From NCBI RefSeq assembly GCF_004010195.1, contig NC_057720.1, positions 6,082,273-6,102,272 of the forward strand: DNA of 20,000 nucleotides. Reading direction: 5' to 3'. The notes below the pieces were generated by a model, which was given only the letters and a program-made list of their open reading frames with translations, did not search any database and had not been told where the DNA came from. Within the stretch, counting starts at the first letter, position 1. Each line of letters starts with the position of its first letter. Below are positions 1 to 9,666 of the stretch, piece by piece. The stretch comes from Chiloscyllium plagiosum. Its lineage: Eukaryota. A program made the position numbers and the translations under genes.

Positions 1-196
1 ACCTCCCCAACTTCATCTACCCATCACATTCTCAGCTACCTTCCCCCCCAGCCCCACCCCCCTCCCATTTATCTCCCAGCCCCTTTGGGCCTCCCTCAAA
101 TTCCTGATGAAGGGTTGATGCCCGAAACGGCAACTCTCTTGCTCCTCAGATGTTGCCTGACCGGCTGTGCTTTTCCAGCACCACACATTTTGACTC
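1..196 (+). mobile_element. Penelope-like element 3' end/pseudo-LTR fragment with a degenerate hammerhead motif (104-130)
   Basis: A C-rich tract is followed by CTGATGA-AGGGTTGATGCCC-GAAAC-GGC and GATGTTGCCTGACCGGCTGTGCTTTTCCAGCACCAC. This is homologous to the segment adjoining the GIY-YIG ORF at 9612-9705 (minus strand). Confidence 0.8.
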
Positions 197-281
197 CTAA
201 CTCCAAATGCCTGCCTTTTGCCAAAATCCCATGATTCCTTTGGTTAACCAAACAGAAATCTGTGACAGATTTAAAATTAAA

Positions 282-835
282 TTCCAGGTGTTGCAGGATT
301 TTGAATCAGTGATAGTGAGAAAATGACAAAAATGTTCCAGGTCAGGGTGGTGAATGACACGGAGGGGAATTTATAGGAAATTGTGTTCCCACGTATCTGC
401 TCCTCATGTCCTTTGAGATGGTGAAAGTTGATGTTTTGGGAAGTGTTGTTGAAGGAGTCTCAGTACGTTAACACAGTGAGTCTTGTAGACAATACGCAGT
501 GCTGCGACTGTGCATCGAGGATGGAGGATGTAAATGTTACGTTGGTAGATGGGTGCCAACGTTTTTCCAGAACTTTGCAGTGCCTAGCCTCTTGAGTGTT
601 GATGGAGCTGTATCCGTCCATCCATCCATGCCATTGGAGATTATTCCTAAAAACTCCTAACTTGTAGTGTTGAGGAAAAAAAGGGGAGGTGAGTTACCAC
701 TCGTACATAAATTCCCAATCTCTGACCTGTTCTTGTACACAGTATTTAGATGACTGTTTCTGTTATACCTCTGGTTAAAGATAACTCCCACGTTGTTGTT
801 AATGAGAGATTTAGCAATGGCAATACAATCATGTC
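282..835 (-). mobile_element. Old CR1/L2-superfamily LINE fragment (same family as 10803-11430)
   Basis: GGATTTTGAATCAGTGA...GTGTTCCCACGTATCTGCT aligns with 10957-11060 (GGATTTTGACCGAGTGA...GTGTTCCCATGCATCTGCT). Confidence 0.65.
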
Positions 836-984
836 AGTTATTTTCCTGGAGTCTTTAGGACCTTATGTTAATCTAAGACTCTGCCCTCTCAGGGATTTGT
901 AGAAACCAAAACCTTGGTCTGTTACTTCATTGTTGTTGATGGGAACAGGCTGGGGTCAAATTTATGGGCCTGTTCCCTGAATTA

Positions 985-1080
985 TAGTGGGGTCTACACT
1001 CTAAGAAGCACTCAATTAGCTGTAAAGCCCTTTGGGGCAGCCTGAGGTTATGAAAGCTGCAAAATAACTGCAAGTGTTTC
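985..1080 (+). mobile_element. L2/Deu-SINE-type 3' tail fragment
   Basis: GCTGTAAAGCCCTTTGGGGCAGCCTGAGGTTATGAAAG...ATAACTGCAAGT resembles the recalled L2-derived tail. Confidence 0.45.
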
Positions 1081-1084
1081 CATT

Positions 1085-1405
1085 TCACGGAATCAGTGCA
1101 TCAAAAAAAACGAGGCTACTCGGCCCACAGAGACTGTGCTGGCTCTGAGTTAATTCCATTCCCTCCTTTACATCCATAGTCCTTTCACTTTATGTCCCTA
1201 AGTGCCTATCCATTGTCCTTTCAAAATTATTCATCATCTTCTGTTCCACCATTGTCATAGGCACTGGATTCCAGATCCTGACTGCTCGCTATGTGAAACA
1301 TGTTTTTCCTGATATATCCTCCTGTATTTTTGCTCAAAACCTTAAAGCTGTGGTCTGCTAGTTCTTGTATGTCAGACAATGGGAAAATTTTGTTTTGCCT
1401 ACCTT
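1085..1405 (-). mobile_element. Degraded CR1 LINE 3' end
   Basis: GAGGCTACTCGGCCCA and TTCCAGATCCTGACTGCTCGCTATGTGAAA are the reverse complements of CR1 3' UTR and ORF2 C-terminal motifs seen in the younger copies in this window. Confidence 0.6.
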
Positions 1406-2056
1406 ACCAATTAAAGTACTTGACAGTATAGAATATGTTTTGTGATTGATGCCTGTACACTTTTCGTTCTGCCAGGAACTGACACACCTAAGCTATTTGA
1501 CAATTTTAACTTTTCTGATTCTGTCAAAGAATACATTTAACACACTGTGGGACAGACATGAGCAGGAGGATTGGTAACACAGAATGGTGTCATCTTAAGA
1601 TGTGCAGCAAAGCAAGGGAAGTTTGTTGGAATATTGCAATGAAGAGAGTCACAAGTAGCTGGGGGAGAAATCTGCAGCATGGTGCCATTGAGAATATGGA
1701 TGGCTGGAAAATGTCAATGTACAGTGAGGGTTCTTGGGCAGGCAATGGTGCCCAAGGGTGACTGATCCAACTTTGATGTGGGTGTGTGCAAATGTACAAG
1801 CAGTGCAGTCCACACGCCAGAGGTGCAAGGTCACTCCAGTCAGTGAACGCAATCAATGGAGAAGTTTAAGAAGCCCCTCATCCATTGAAATGATTATATC
1901 TCTGCAGCTTGGCGGAGCAGGGAGAGGTTCCCTGAGCTCTATCGTGGCTTCTGTCAGCCCTATCTCTTGCCCTCTGTGATTGTTTCTTCCCTTTGTAACA
2001 GCCCACGACCTACCTTTGTCACTGGCTTGGCTTCTGGACTATAAGACAGTGCTCAG

Positions 2057-2214
2057 ATCATAAGATGTAGGAGCAGAATTAGGCCATTTAGCCCGTAGAA
2101 TTTGCTCTGCTATTCAATGAAATTATGGCTGATCTGATAAGCCTCAGCTCCAGTTTCCTGCCTTTTCCCCAAAATCCTTGATTCCCTCACTGATTAAAAA
2201 TCTGTCTATCTCAG
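2057..2214 (-). mobile_element. CR1 LINE 3' terminal fragment
   Basis: CATAAGATGTAGGAGCAGAATTAGGCCATTTAGCCC...CTGCCTTTTCCCCAAAATCCTTGATTCC. A similar short piece lies at 200-250. Confidence 0.7.
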
Positions 2215-2452
2215 AGTCAACCTGACTAGGTTAAATTTAAACAAATCTTGGCAGTTAGCTGTCAGTCATCATCTAACTGGTCCATTCTTCATGGCATTGC
2301 CTCTACCAGAGTCCACTTGGCAAGCAGTGAAGGTTATCTTTATATACAGTATAAAATGTTTGATTTCCCTTTATTTCTTGCTAATTATCTTGATGGCTGG
2401 ATGAGCTTTGAAGCTTTGACAATATTGGTCTTTTTTAGCAATGCTCAAACAC
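2215..2452 (+). mobile_element. Probable old PLE-type 3' fragment with a decayed hammerhead-like motif (2384-2423)
   Basis: ATTATC-TTGATGG...GAAGCT-TT-GACAAT: the flanks pair 5/6 and the core is a mutated CTGATGA/GAAA. The family assignment is from recall. Confidence 0.35.
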
Positions 2453-2488
2453 ATTAGAGCAGCAAGGTGTATATTCCAATCCACAGCA

Positions 2489-2708
2489 CAGATCGTTCTG
2501 GTATAACGCGCGTTTTGTCACTGTGAAGTCACTGTAATGTGGTTGATGAATTTATGGATGCTGTTTCTAAAGCGAGAACTCTTCAAACGTGTTTTGGCTG
2601 TAACGCGATTACATCGCCAACAATTTAAGCGCTGTTTCCAAAGGGCGATTTTTCTACAACCCGGGGTTGCACAAGAACACTACCATCATGTTATAGAAGA
2701 ACTGACTG
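2489..2708. mobile_element. Tc1/mariner (Tigger/pogo-like) MITE
   Basis: Imperfect terminal inverted repeats CAGATCGTTCTGGTATAACGCG and CATGTTATAGAAGAACTGACTG, with TA at 2709-2710. The interior is CpG-richer than the flanks. Confidence 0.6.
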
Positions 2709-2764
2709 TAGATCATTACAGGCTTGAAGTATAGTCATCATCTTAGTCCCAATTGATCTCACCC

Positions 2765-2938
2765 TAATTAGAGAGAGCGAGACAACTGATGATGAATTTA
2801 ACATGAGGGTCAGCACGCTTCAGGTGAGGGGCATGGTCAAGAAGCTACAGCCTTCATGTTAACCTCAGCTGGTGTGGAAACTGAACCCCAGACTGTGTTA
2901 CAATTCAGCTGTTCAGCCAATTGAGTTAGCCAACTCCC
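2765..2938 (-). mobile_element. Short tRNA-derived SINE
   Basis: The minus strand reads GGGAGTTGGCTAACTCAATTGG (A-box-like) ... GGGGTTCAGTTTCC (B-box-like) ... GCTGAGGTTAACATGAAGG. Confidence 0.6.
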
Positions 2939-3051
2939 AGGCCTTGAAGGAGTCTAGAGGCAACAATGAATTAATCAATAAAATCTGACTGAGAAAGAAA
3001 TTAATGCATTTAAATATCATATATTCTCATATACGTACTGAAATGGGAAAA
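2895..3051. repeat. Inverted duplication pair 1, left arm (probable donor)
   Basis: Its reverse complement matches 4323-4479, with about 17 mismatches and 2 gaps over 157 bp by manual alignment. Confidence 0.95.
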
Positions 3052-3075
3052 TTATGTTTTTTTAAAGAAAACAAT

Positions 3076-3950
3076 GTTGAAGGTTTGCTTCAGTTTTTAA
3101 AAGCAAGTTACCTGACACTCATTGTAAGCACTGTTTACACAGCTGCTTGTTCAAGCAATGGGGATGTCTAGTTTAAAATAAGCTGGAGCCAAGGGAGGCT
3201 GTGTACAAATGGAGCTTTGGCTGGCAACAAGAACTGATAGGTTTATGGACTGCTGACCTGCTAACTCCGACAAAGCCTTCCCGCCTGCCGACACAATGTG
3301 ATTGGCTCCCTGGTAGCAGAACAGTTTGGAGTGTGAATATAGTTAGAAATCATCAGACCCTCAAAAAGGGAACAAGTTGTTTTTACTCTGCACTAAAAAA
3401 ACTCAAGCCTCAAGAAAACCCATCTATTTCCTACTTTATAGAAAATTCTATCTATTTGTATAAAAGGCAGAGACTTTTACAAGTATGTAACAGTCAACCC
3501 ATGCCTCTTACAACCGACATGAAGTATCTGGAGCAGGAAGATTGTGAAGCAGCATTCTGATCAGGATTCAGATAATCTCAGTCAACCTGTTGATAGGGTG
3601 TATGCAACCACCTTTCCTGTCTTTCCCTCCATCTGTAATCACCAATTTCGGTCATCTGTCTGTGTCTGTCTGAGTCTGGTTATATATGCACGTTTAACAA
3701 TGAAGGCTTATTATTAAGTTAAAATTTTAACTAGTACCATTACAAGTTGACTGTTCATAATTATATGCATGTGGGTAGAATAATTTATTTGCAATAAATA
3801 GTAGTTCCTGTCACAGACAGCAATCTAGTCCTTGACTTTTGTTAACCAAGGTTGGAAAGACAGGTAAATTTGGGAAATTCTTTAACTTTTGTGATGGTTC
3901 CGGGAATAATGGAGTTGGATTTCCAATACACTATCCCGGTGCAGGGTGAC
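3076..3950 (+). mobile_element. Possible solo LTR
   Basis: TG...CA-like ends (ends GGGTGACA) and AATAAA near 3794, about 150 bp before the end. No TSD was identified and the start is uncertain. Confidence 0.3.
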
Positions 3951-4069
3951 ATATAATGAAAATAATCCACTTTATTTCTCAAGCTGCTTAATATCCTGAA
4001 ACAATTTAAACCCAGGGGAAATTGCCCCCAGCATGGGATTCCCCTGGAAATAAGCAATAGAGTGAAATG

Positions 4070-4294
4070 AGATTAGATTCCCTACAGTGTAAAAACAGGC
4101 CCTTCAGCCCAACATCTCCACACTGACCCTCTAATTCACCTGGTCTGCACATCTTTGGACTGTGGGAGGAAGCCCATGCAGAGACAGGGAGAATGTGCAA
4201 CCTCCACACAGACAGTCACCTGAGGACAGGAATTGAATCTGGGACCCTGGTGCTGTGAGGCGGCAGTGCTAACCACTGAGCCACCATGCTGCCC
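4070..4294 (-). mobile_element. HE1-type V-SINE (internally deleted)
   Basis: The minus strand reads GGGCAGCATGGTGGCTCAGTGGTTAGCACTGC...GGTCCCAGATTCAATTCC, then a V-domain, then a CR1-derived tail. Confidence 0.9.
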
Positions 4295-4322
4295 ATTAAG
4301 AAACTGGACCCACCCAGCAGAG

Positions 4323-4498
4323 TTTTCCCATTTCAGTGCATATAGAAAATTATAAGATCTTTAAATGCATTCATTTCTTTCACAGTCAGATTGTATTGAG
4401 GAATTCATTGTTGCCTCTCATCTCCTTCAAGGCCTGGGAGTTGGTTAACTCAGTTGGCTGAACAGCTGGTTTGTAACACGTAGTGAAACCAACAGTCT
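4323..4498. repeat. Inverted duplication pair 1, right arm (copy of the SINE head plus its unique flank)
   Basis: Reverse complement of about 2890-3051. It contains only the 5' about 60 bp of the SINE plus about 113 bp of non-SINE flank. Confidence 0.95.
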
Positions 4499-4616
4499 TT
4501 CACTTGCATTTTCCTGAGATTCAGAAGCAACACCTTCAAATTCCTTCTGTCTTTGTGTTTCCTGGAGCTATTGAATGATAGCATCAGGGCTAAAGATTGC
4601 AGGAACTCTCCAGAAA

Positions 4617-5178
4617 TGTTTTACAGGTGCAATGGTACTATGGCTTTAAGAGGCATATTTTATCCTGGCTTTTATATGAAGAGGGGTTGAGACAGAGGTG
4701 CCAAGTGGTTGACTCAATGCGTGGGGTCACTCTCCCACCAGAAGCAGGAATTTCAGTTTAGCTTTCTACCATTGTTGGAGTCTTGAAGGTGGATGTGAAA
4801 GCTTTTATTTCTCTCTCTGTTAGAGCTCAAAGCTGGGATGCTCTTCCTGCTGTTGGAATTGCATCAATTTTACTGAATTTGCCTTTGACAAGGCTGTGTT
4901 TACGGCATGTTACTGTATTGGAACAGTTAACTAGGAGTAATTATTTAGTTAATAGTGAAGTCAAGTTACAGTTAAGCTGATTCTTTTCTTTACTTTTTTA
5001 TTTTGTCTGTATTTTAGCTATGGTACAAAATAAAGCATGTTCTGTTTAAAATTGAGTGGTTTGACCAATTGAATTACACCTGGAATGCAATGCCTTACAC
5101 TTATCTTTAAAATAAGTAAAAGTTAGGTCTAGGCTACCTTCGTAATATATACAGCGGGAGTTTGGTCTTGTCCATAAT
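4617..5178 (+). mobile_element. Possible solo LTR
   Basis: Starts TGTT, has AATAAA near 5028 and ends GGTCTTGTCCATAATA (CATAACA-like). No clear TSD. Confidence 0.4.
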
Positions 5179-5179
5179 A

Positions 5180-5441
5180 CAGGGTAGAATGGGTGCAGAG
5201 AAGATGTTCCCACTAGTAGGAGAGACAAGGACCCGAGGGCGAAGCCTCAGAGTGAAGGGACGACCCATTAGAACTGAGATGAGCAGGGATTTTTTCAGCC
5301 AGAGGGTAGGGAAACTGTGGAGCGCATTGCTGCGGGAGGTTATGGAGGCCAAGTCATTGAGTGTCTTTAAATCAGAGATAGATAATGTCTTGATTAGTAA
5401 GGGGTGCAAGGGAGAGGCAGGAGAGTGGGGTTGAGAAATAT
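5180..5441 (+). mobile_element. CR1 LINE ORF2 C-terminal fragment
   Basis: Translation MFPLVGETRTRGRSLRVKG...RDFFSQRVGKLWSAL matches the CR1 TRGH...FFSQRVV..WN.L signature. Confidence 0.9.
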
Positions 5442-5573
5442 ATCAAGATTAGAATGGTGCTGGAGCAGGTCAGGCAGCATCCGAGGTACTGGAAAATCAA
5501 CATTTTGGGCAAAAGCCCTTCACCACTGTAATCTTGACTCTAATCTCCAGCATCTGCAGTACCCATCTCCGCC
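5442..5573 (-). mobile_element. Mini PLE fold-back insertion with a degenerate hammerhead; 11-bp TSD
   Basis: TTGAGAAATAT occurs at 5431-5441 and 5574-5584. Arms 5443-5459 and 5521-5537 are inverted (15/17), and GGGCAAAAGCCC is stem II. Confidence 0.85.
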
Positions 5574-5727
5574 TTGAGAAATATGTAATCTGTTCACTCC
5601 GGAGGTTCCCAATTGGGAGGAATGGCTTTCAAAAGCACCACAGTACCTGATAAATTACCCAGACTCTGACTGAGAAAACTGAGCTGAACACACAGAGGTC
5701 ACTTTCCCTCCATTATCCTGTCATCTA

Positions 5728-6345
5728 CTTAGAAAGCATTCTATCTGGATGTATCACAGTGTGGAATGGCAACTGCATTTCCCAAGACCGCAAGAAACTA
5801 TGGAGAGTCATGAACACAGCCCAGACCATCACTCAAACCTGCTTCAATCCATCAATTCCATCTGTACTTCCCACTGCCTCAGGAAAGCAACCAACATATT
5901 CAGACCCCCCCACCCCAGTTACACTCTTTTCCCTGCTCTTCCATTGGGCAGAGGATATAGAAGTTTGAATACATGCATGAACAGATTCAAGAATATGGAT
6001 ACATGGATAGGAAAGGATTAGAAAAATAAATATGGGCCAAGTGCAGGGAAATGGGGTTGGCGTGGATGGACAATTTGGTCAGTATGGACCAGTTTGGACC
6101 AAAGGGCTGTAGGGCTCTATGACTCTAAGAACAGCTTTCCCCCTGCTGTTATCAGACTTTTAAATGGATTTCTCAAATATTAATGTTGATCTCTCTCTCT
6201 GCACCTTCTCTGTGGCTGTAACACTGTATTCTACACTCTGTTCTGCTACCCTGATACTACAATCTAGCTGTAGAGTACGCAAAACAACACTCTTCACTGC
6301 ATCTCAGTACATGTGACAACAATAAATCAAACTCAAACTCAAACA
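5728..6345 (+). mobile_element. Rex1/Babar-type LINE 3' end, interrupted by a CR1 tail (about 5995-6126)
   Basis: Translation ESILSGCITVWNGNCISQDRKKLWRVMNTAQTIT and a 3' tail AATAAATCAAACTCAAACTCAAAC. AAGAA is repeated on both sides of the CR1 insert. Confidence 0.8.
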
Positions 6346-6499
6346 TGGACCTAGCAGTAATAATTAAAATTGATGGTGGATAAAATACTTACGAGAAAAC
6401 CCATCTGAAGTGACAAATCATTCCCATTCTGCAAGGTTCCAATAATAGTAGGGAAATGCTGATCCTACAATTCTCCAGTGCCTGCCATGACCACATGGG

Positions 6500-6598
6500 G
6501 TCCCAACATACTAAGCAGCCAATGAAAAACAGTTTTAATATATGCGGTCACTTTCATAATGCAGGAAACATGGCAATCAATTTTGGTGCCAGCAAACT
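6500..6598 (-). mobile_element. Deu-SINE/L2-tail fragment split by the HE1 SINE
   Basis: AGCAGCCAATGAA...AATGCAGGAAACATGGCAATCAATTT resumes after 6888 (AAACTCCC...AGCAATCTGATA). AAACT occurs on both sides of the HE1 copy. Confidence 0.5.
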
Positions 6599-6885
6599 GT
6601 GGGACGGCTCAGTGGTTAGAGCTATCCCCTCATACCACCAGGGTCCCAGGTTCGATTCCAACCCCCGACAGACTGTCTGTGTGGAGTTTGCACATTCTCC
6701 CCATGTCTGTGTGGGTTTCCTCCAGCTGCTTTAGTTTCCTCCCACAGTCCAAAGATGTGGAGGTGAGCTGGATTGGCTGTGGAAGTGCAGGGTTACAGGG
6801 ATAGGGTGGTGGAGTGGTGAGTTCTTCAAAGGGTTAGTGTGGACTCAGTGGGCTGAAGGGTCTGCTTCCACACTGTAGGAATTCC
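6599..6885 (+). mobile_element. HE1-type V-SINE
   Basis: GGCTCAGTGGTTAG (A box), GGTTCGATTCC (B box), GTGTGGAGTTTGCACATTCTCCCCATGTCTG (V-domain), and a CR1-like tail ending CACACTGTAGG. Confidence 0.9.
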
Positions 6886-6954
6886 TTGAAACTCCCTTGC
6901 ATAGCAATCTGATAGAGGACTGGTAGTCTGACGGAGCAATGTAATCCAAGGACA

Positions 6955-7076
6955 GAAAGAAACAGAGTTCCAAAGAAGTCATCTACCAGACTCAAAATGT
7001 TAACTCTGTTTCTCTCTCCATTGATGCTGCCAGACCTGCTGAGTTTCTCCAGCATTTTCAGATTTCCAGCATGTGC
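6955..7076 (+). mobile_element. Older PLE-derived mini element with a decayed hammerhead
   Basis: A perfect 12-bp stem (6958-6969/7002-7013) encloses CCAAAGA-AGTC..GACT-CAAAAT-GTT. It is followed by GATGCTGCCAGACCTGCTGAGTTTCTCCAGCA, as in the other PLE copies. Confidence 0.7.
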
Positions 7077-7261
7077 TTCTTGAAGGATTAATATTGGCCA
7101 GATGTAACATTTTCAAGAAGCCCTTGAGGCTGAATTTCCATTACATTTCAGAAAAATAATTCAAAGTTTGAACACACAGTGAGCTTGTCAGTGCATGATG
7201 CTTGTTTGGCATTTTTAATGTGACAGGATTAAAATAACGCTACCAGGATGTTGCAAAGCCA

Positions 7262-7328
7262 TCATGTGTCATAGAAGCAGACAGGACAGAAGAGGCCCTT
7301 CAGCCTATCGAGTCCTACTACCTATAAT
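7262..7328 (-). mobile_element. CR1 3' tip (host element; continues at 8870-9110)
   Basis: CATAGAAG...AGAAGAGGCCCTTCAGCCTATCGAGTC is a reverse-strand CR1 terminus. Confidence 0.6.
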
Positions 7329-7335
7329 TGTCTCA

Positions 7336-8869
7336 CTTTAACTTTGCATCAGTTTTTACTGTGGAAAAGGATATGAAAGATATAGACTGTAGGGAAATAG
7401 ATGGTGACATCTTGCAAAATGTCCAGATTACAGAGGAGGAAGTGCTGGATGTCTTGAAATGGTTAAAGGTGGATAAATCCCCAGGACCTGATCAGGTGTA
7501 CCCGAGAACTCTGTGGGAAGCTAGAGAAGTGATTGCTGGGCCTCTTGCTGAGATATTTGTGTCATCGATAGTCACAGGTGAGGTGTCGAAAGACTGGAGG
7601 TAGGCAAACGTGGTGCCACTGTTTAAGAAGGGCGGTAAAGACAAGCCAGGGAACTATAGACCAGTGAGCCTGACCTCAGTGGTGGGCAAGTTGTTGGAGG
7701 GAATCCTGAGGGACAGAATGTACATGTATTTGGAAAGGCAAGGACTGATTAGGGATAGTGAACATGGCTTTGTGCGTGGGAAATCATGTCTCACACACTT
7801 GATTGAGTTTTTTGAAGAAGTAACAAAGAAGATTGATGAGGGCAGAGCAGTACATGTGATCTATATGGACTTCAGTAAAGCATTCGACGAGGTTCCCCAT
7901 GGGAGACTGCTTAGCAAGGTTAGAACTAGCCATTTGGATACAGAACTGGCTCAAAGATAGAAGACAGAGGGTGGTGGTGGAGGGTTGTTTTTCAGACTGG
8001 AGGCCTGTGACCAGTGGAGTGCCACAAGGATCGGTGCTGGGCCCTCTACTTTTTGTCATTTACATAAATGATTTGGATGTGAGCATAAGAGGTACAGTTA
8101 GTAAGTTTGCAGATGACACCAAAATTGGAGGTGTAGTGTACAGTGAAGAGGGATTTGGACCAGATGGACCAATGGGCTGAGAAGTGGCAGATGGAGTTTA
8201 AATCAGATAAATGTGAGGTGCTGCATTTTGGGAAAGCAAATATTTGTAGGACTTATACACTTAATTGTAAGATCCTAGGGAGTGTTGCTGCTGTACAGGA
8301 CATTGGTTAAGCCACTATTGGAGTATTTCGTGCAATTCTGGTCTCCTTCCTATCGGAAAGATGTTGTTAAACTTGAAAGGGTTCAGAAAAAATTTACAAA
8401 GACGTTGCCAGGGTTGGAGGATTTGAGCTATGGGGAGAGGCTGAACAGGCTGGGGCTGTTTTCCCTGGAGCGTCGGAGGCTGAGGGGTGATCTTATAGAG
8501 GTTTACAAAATTATGAGGGACATGGATAGGATAAATAGAAAAAAGCCTTTTCCCTGGGTTCGGGGAGTCCAGAACTAGAGGGCATGGGTTTAGGGTGAGA
8601 GGGGAACGATATAAAAGAGATCTAAGGGGCAACTTTTTCACATACGTGTATGGAATGAGCTACCAGAGGAAGTGGTGGAGGCTGGTACAATTGCAACATT
8701 TAAGAGGCATTTGGATGGGTATATGAATAGGAAGGGTTTGGAGGGATATGGGCCGGGTGCTGACAGGTGGGACTAGTATGGGTTGGGATATCTTCATCGG
8801 CATGGGCGGGTTGGACCGAAGGGTCTGTTTCCATGCTGTACATCTCTATGACTCTATGATTCTATGACT
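7336..8869 (+). mobile_element. Young 5'-truncated CR1 (HER1-like) LINE; ORF2 RT pseudogene with stops and deletions
   Basis: Motifs [65 protein letters not shown] and LERRRLRGDLIEVYKI. The 3' tandem tail is CTATGACT/CTATGATT. Confidence 0.97.
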
Positions 8870-9110
8870 AGGTCCATAGCCTTGAATGTTCTGACATTTC
8901 AAATGCTTATCCAAGTACTTTTGAGGTTTCCTGCCTCAATGACTTTACCGGGCAGTGCATTCCAGACTCCCACCACCCTCTGGATGAAAAATATGTCCCA
9001 CAAATCCCCTTGGCACCTGCTGCCTTTTGGTTTAACATTATGCCCCCGTGTTATTGACCCTTTGATTAAAAGAAGCTCTTGTTTTCTGTGCAGCCTGTTG
9101 ATGCCGTCAC
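8870..9110 (-). mobile_element. Older CR1 3' fragment (host of the 7336-8869 insertion)
   Basis: GGCAGTGCATTCCAGACTCCCACCACCCTCTGGATGAAAAA is the reverse complement of the FFIQRVVGVWNALP coding sequence. Confidence 0.8.
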
Positions 9111-9244
9111 AATCTGATGCACCTCAGATACACCTCTCCCCTCTTCATGGTGTTTCACTTTCATCAGAACTAAGCAAACTGCACAGTGTGGAAATACCCC
9201 TCTCCGAAAGGTTACAGCCCGGCCTGCACAGTAGAAAATTGTTG

Positions 9245-9425
9245 GTTGACAGGCAGGAGGCTGGGAGAACACAGCAAGCCAGGCATCATCAGGAGGTGGA
9301 GACGTCGACGTTTCAGGTGTAACCCTTACTCAGGACCCCTGATGCTGCCTAGATTGCTATGTTCTCCCAGTGTCCTACCTGTCTACCTTGGATTCTGGCA
9401 TCTGCAGTTTTCTTGTCTCGAACCA
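9245..9425 (-). mobile_element. Mini PLE fold-back insertion with a hammerhead motif in the loop; 15-bp TSD
   Basis: AGTAGAAAATT(G/A)TTG occurs at 9230-9244 and 9426-9440. Arms 9248-9293 and 9338-9383 are inverted (39/46), and the HHR-like motif is at 9304-9336. Confidence 0.85.
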
Positions 9426-9494
9426 AGTAGAAAATTATTGTCTGTTGCTTCGCACCATTGAGTCTGTCTGAGGAATATCTACAACCTCTGGCGT

Positions 9495-9611
9495 GAGGGC
9501 TGTTCTACTGTGGTGGTTGCGTCCCCACGTCTGAGCCAGGAGGTCTGGCTTTGGGTCCTACCTTCCATGGAGATGGGTCATAAACCTCCTGAACAGGTTG
9601 ATTAAAAATAT
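9495..9611 (+). mobile_element. Short degenerate tRNA-derived SINE
   Basis: TGTGGTGGTTGCGTCCCCACGTCTGAGCCAGGAGGTCTGG...GAACAGGTTGATTAAAAATA resembles a recalled shark SINE. Confidence 0.4.
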
Positions 9612-9666
9612 CTGGATCAGTGGTGCTGGAAGAGCGCAGCAATTCAGGCAGCATCCAACGAGCAGC

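Noticed and set aside
1400..2050. Unique-looking region with short overlapping ORFs and acceptor-like sites (about 1475 and 2001)
   Set aside because: No recognisable protein similarity or convincing paired donor site. An exon cannot be supported without RNA data.
4012..4047. Hairpin CCAGGGGAA...TTCCCCTGG
   Set aside because: A 9-bp stem with no supporting context; not distinguishable from chance.
9160..9180. Minus-strand CTGATGA-AAGT-GAAAC
   Set aside because: No stem II, no NUH cleavage triplet, no stem I and no PLE context, so it is likely chance.
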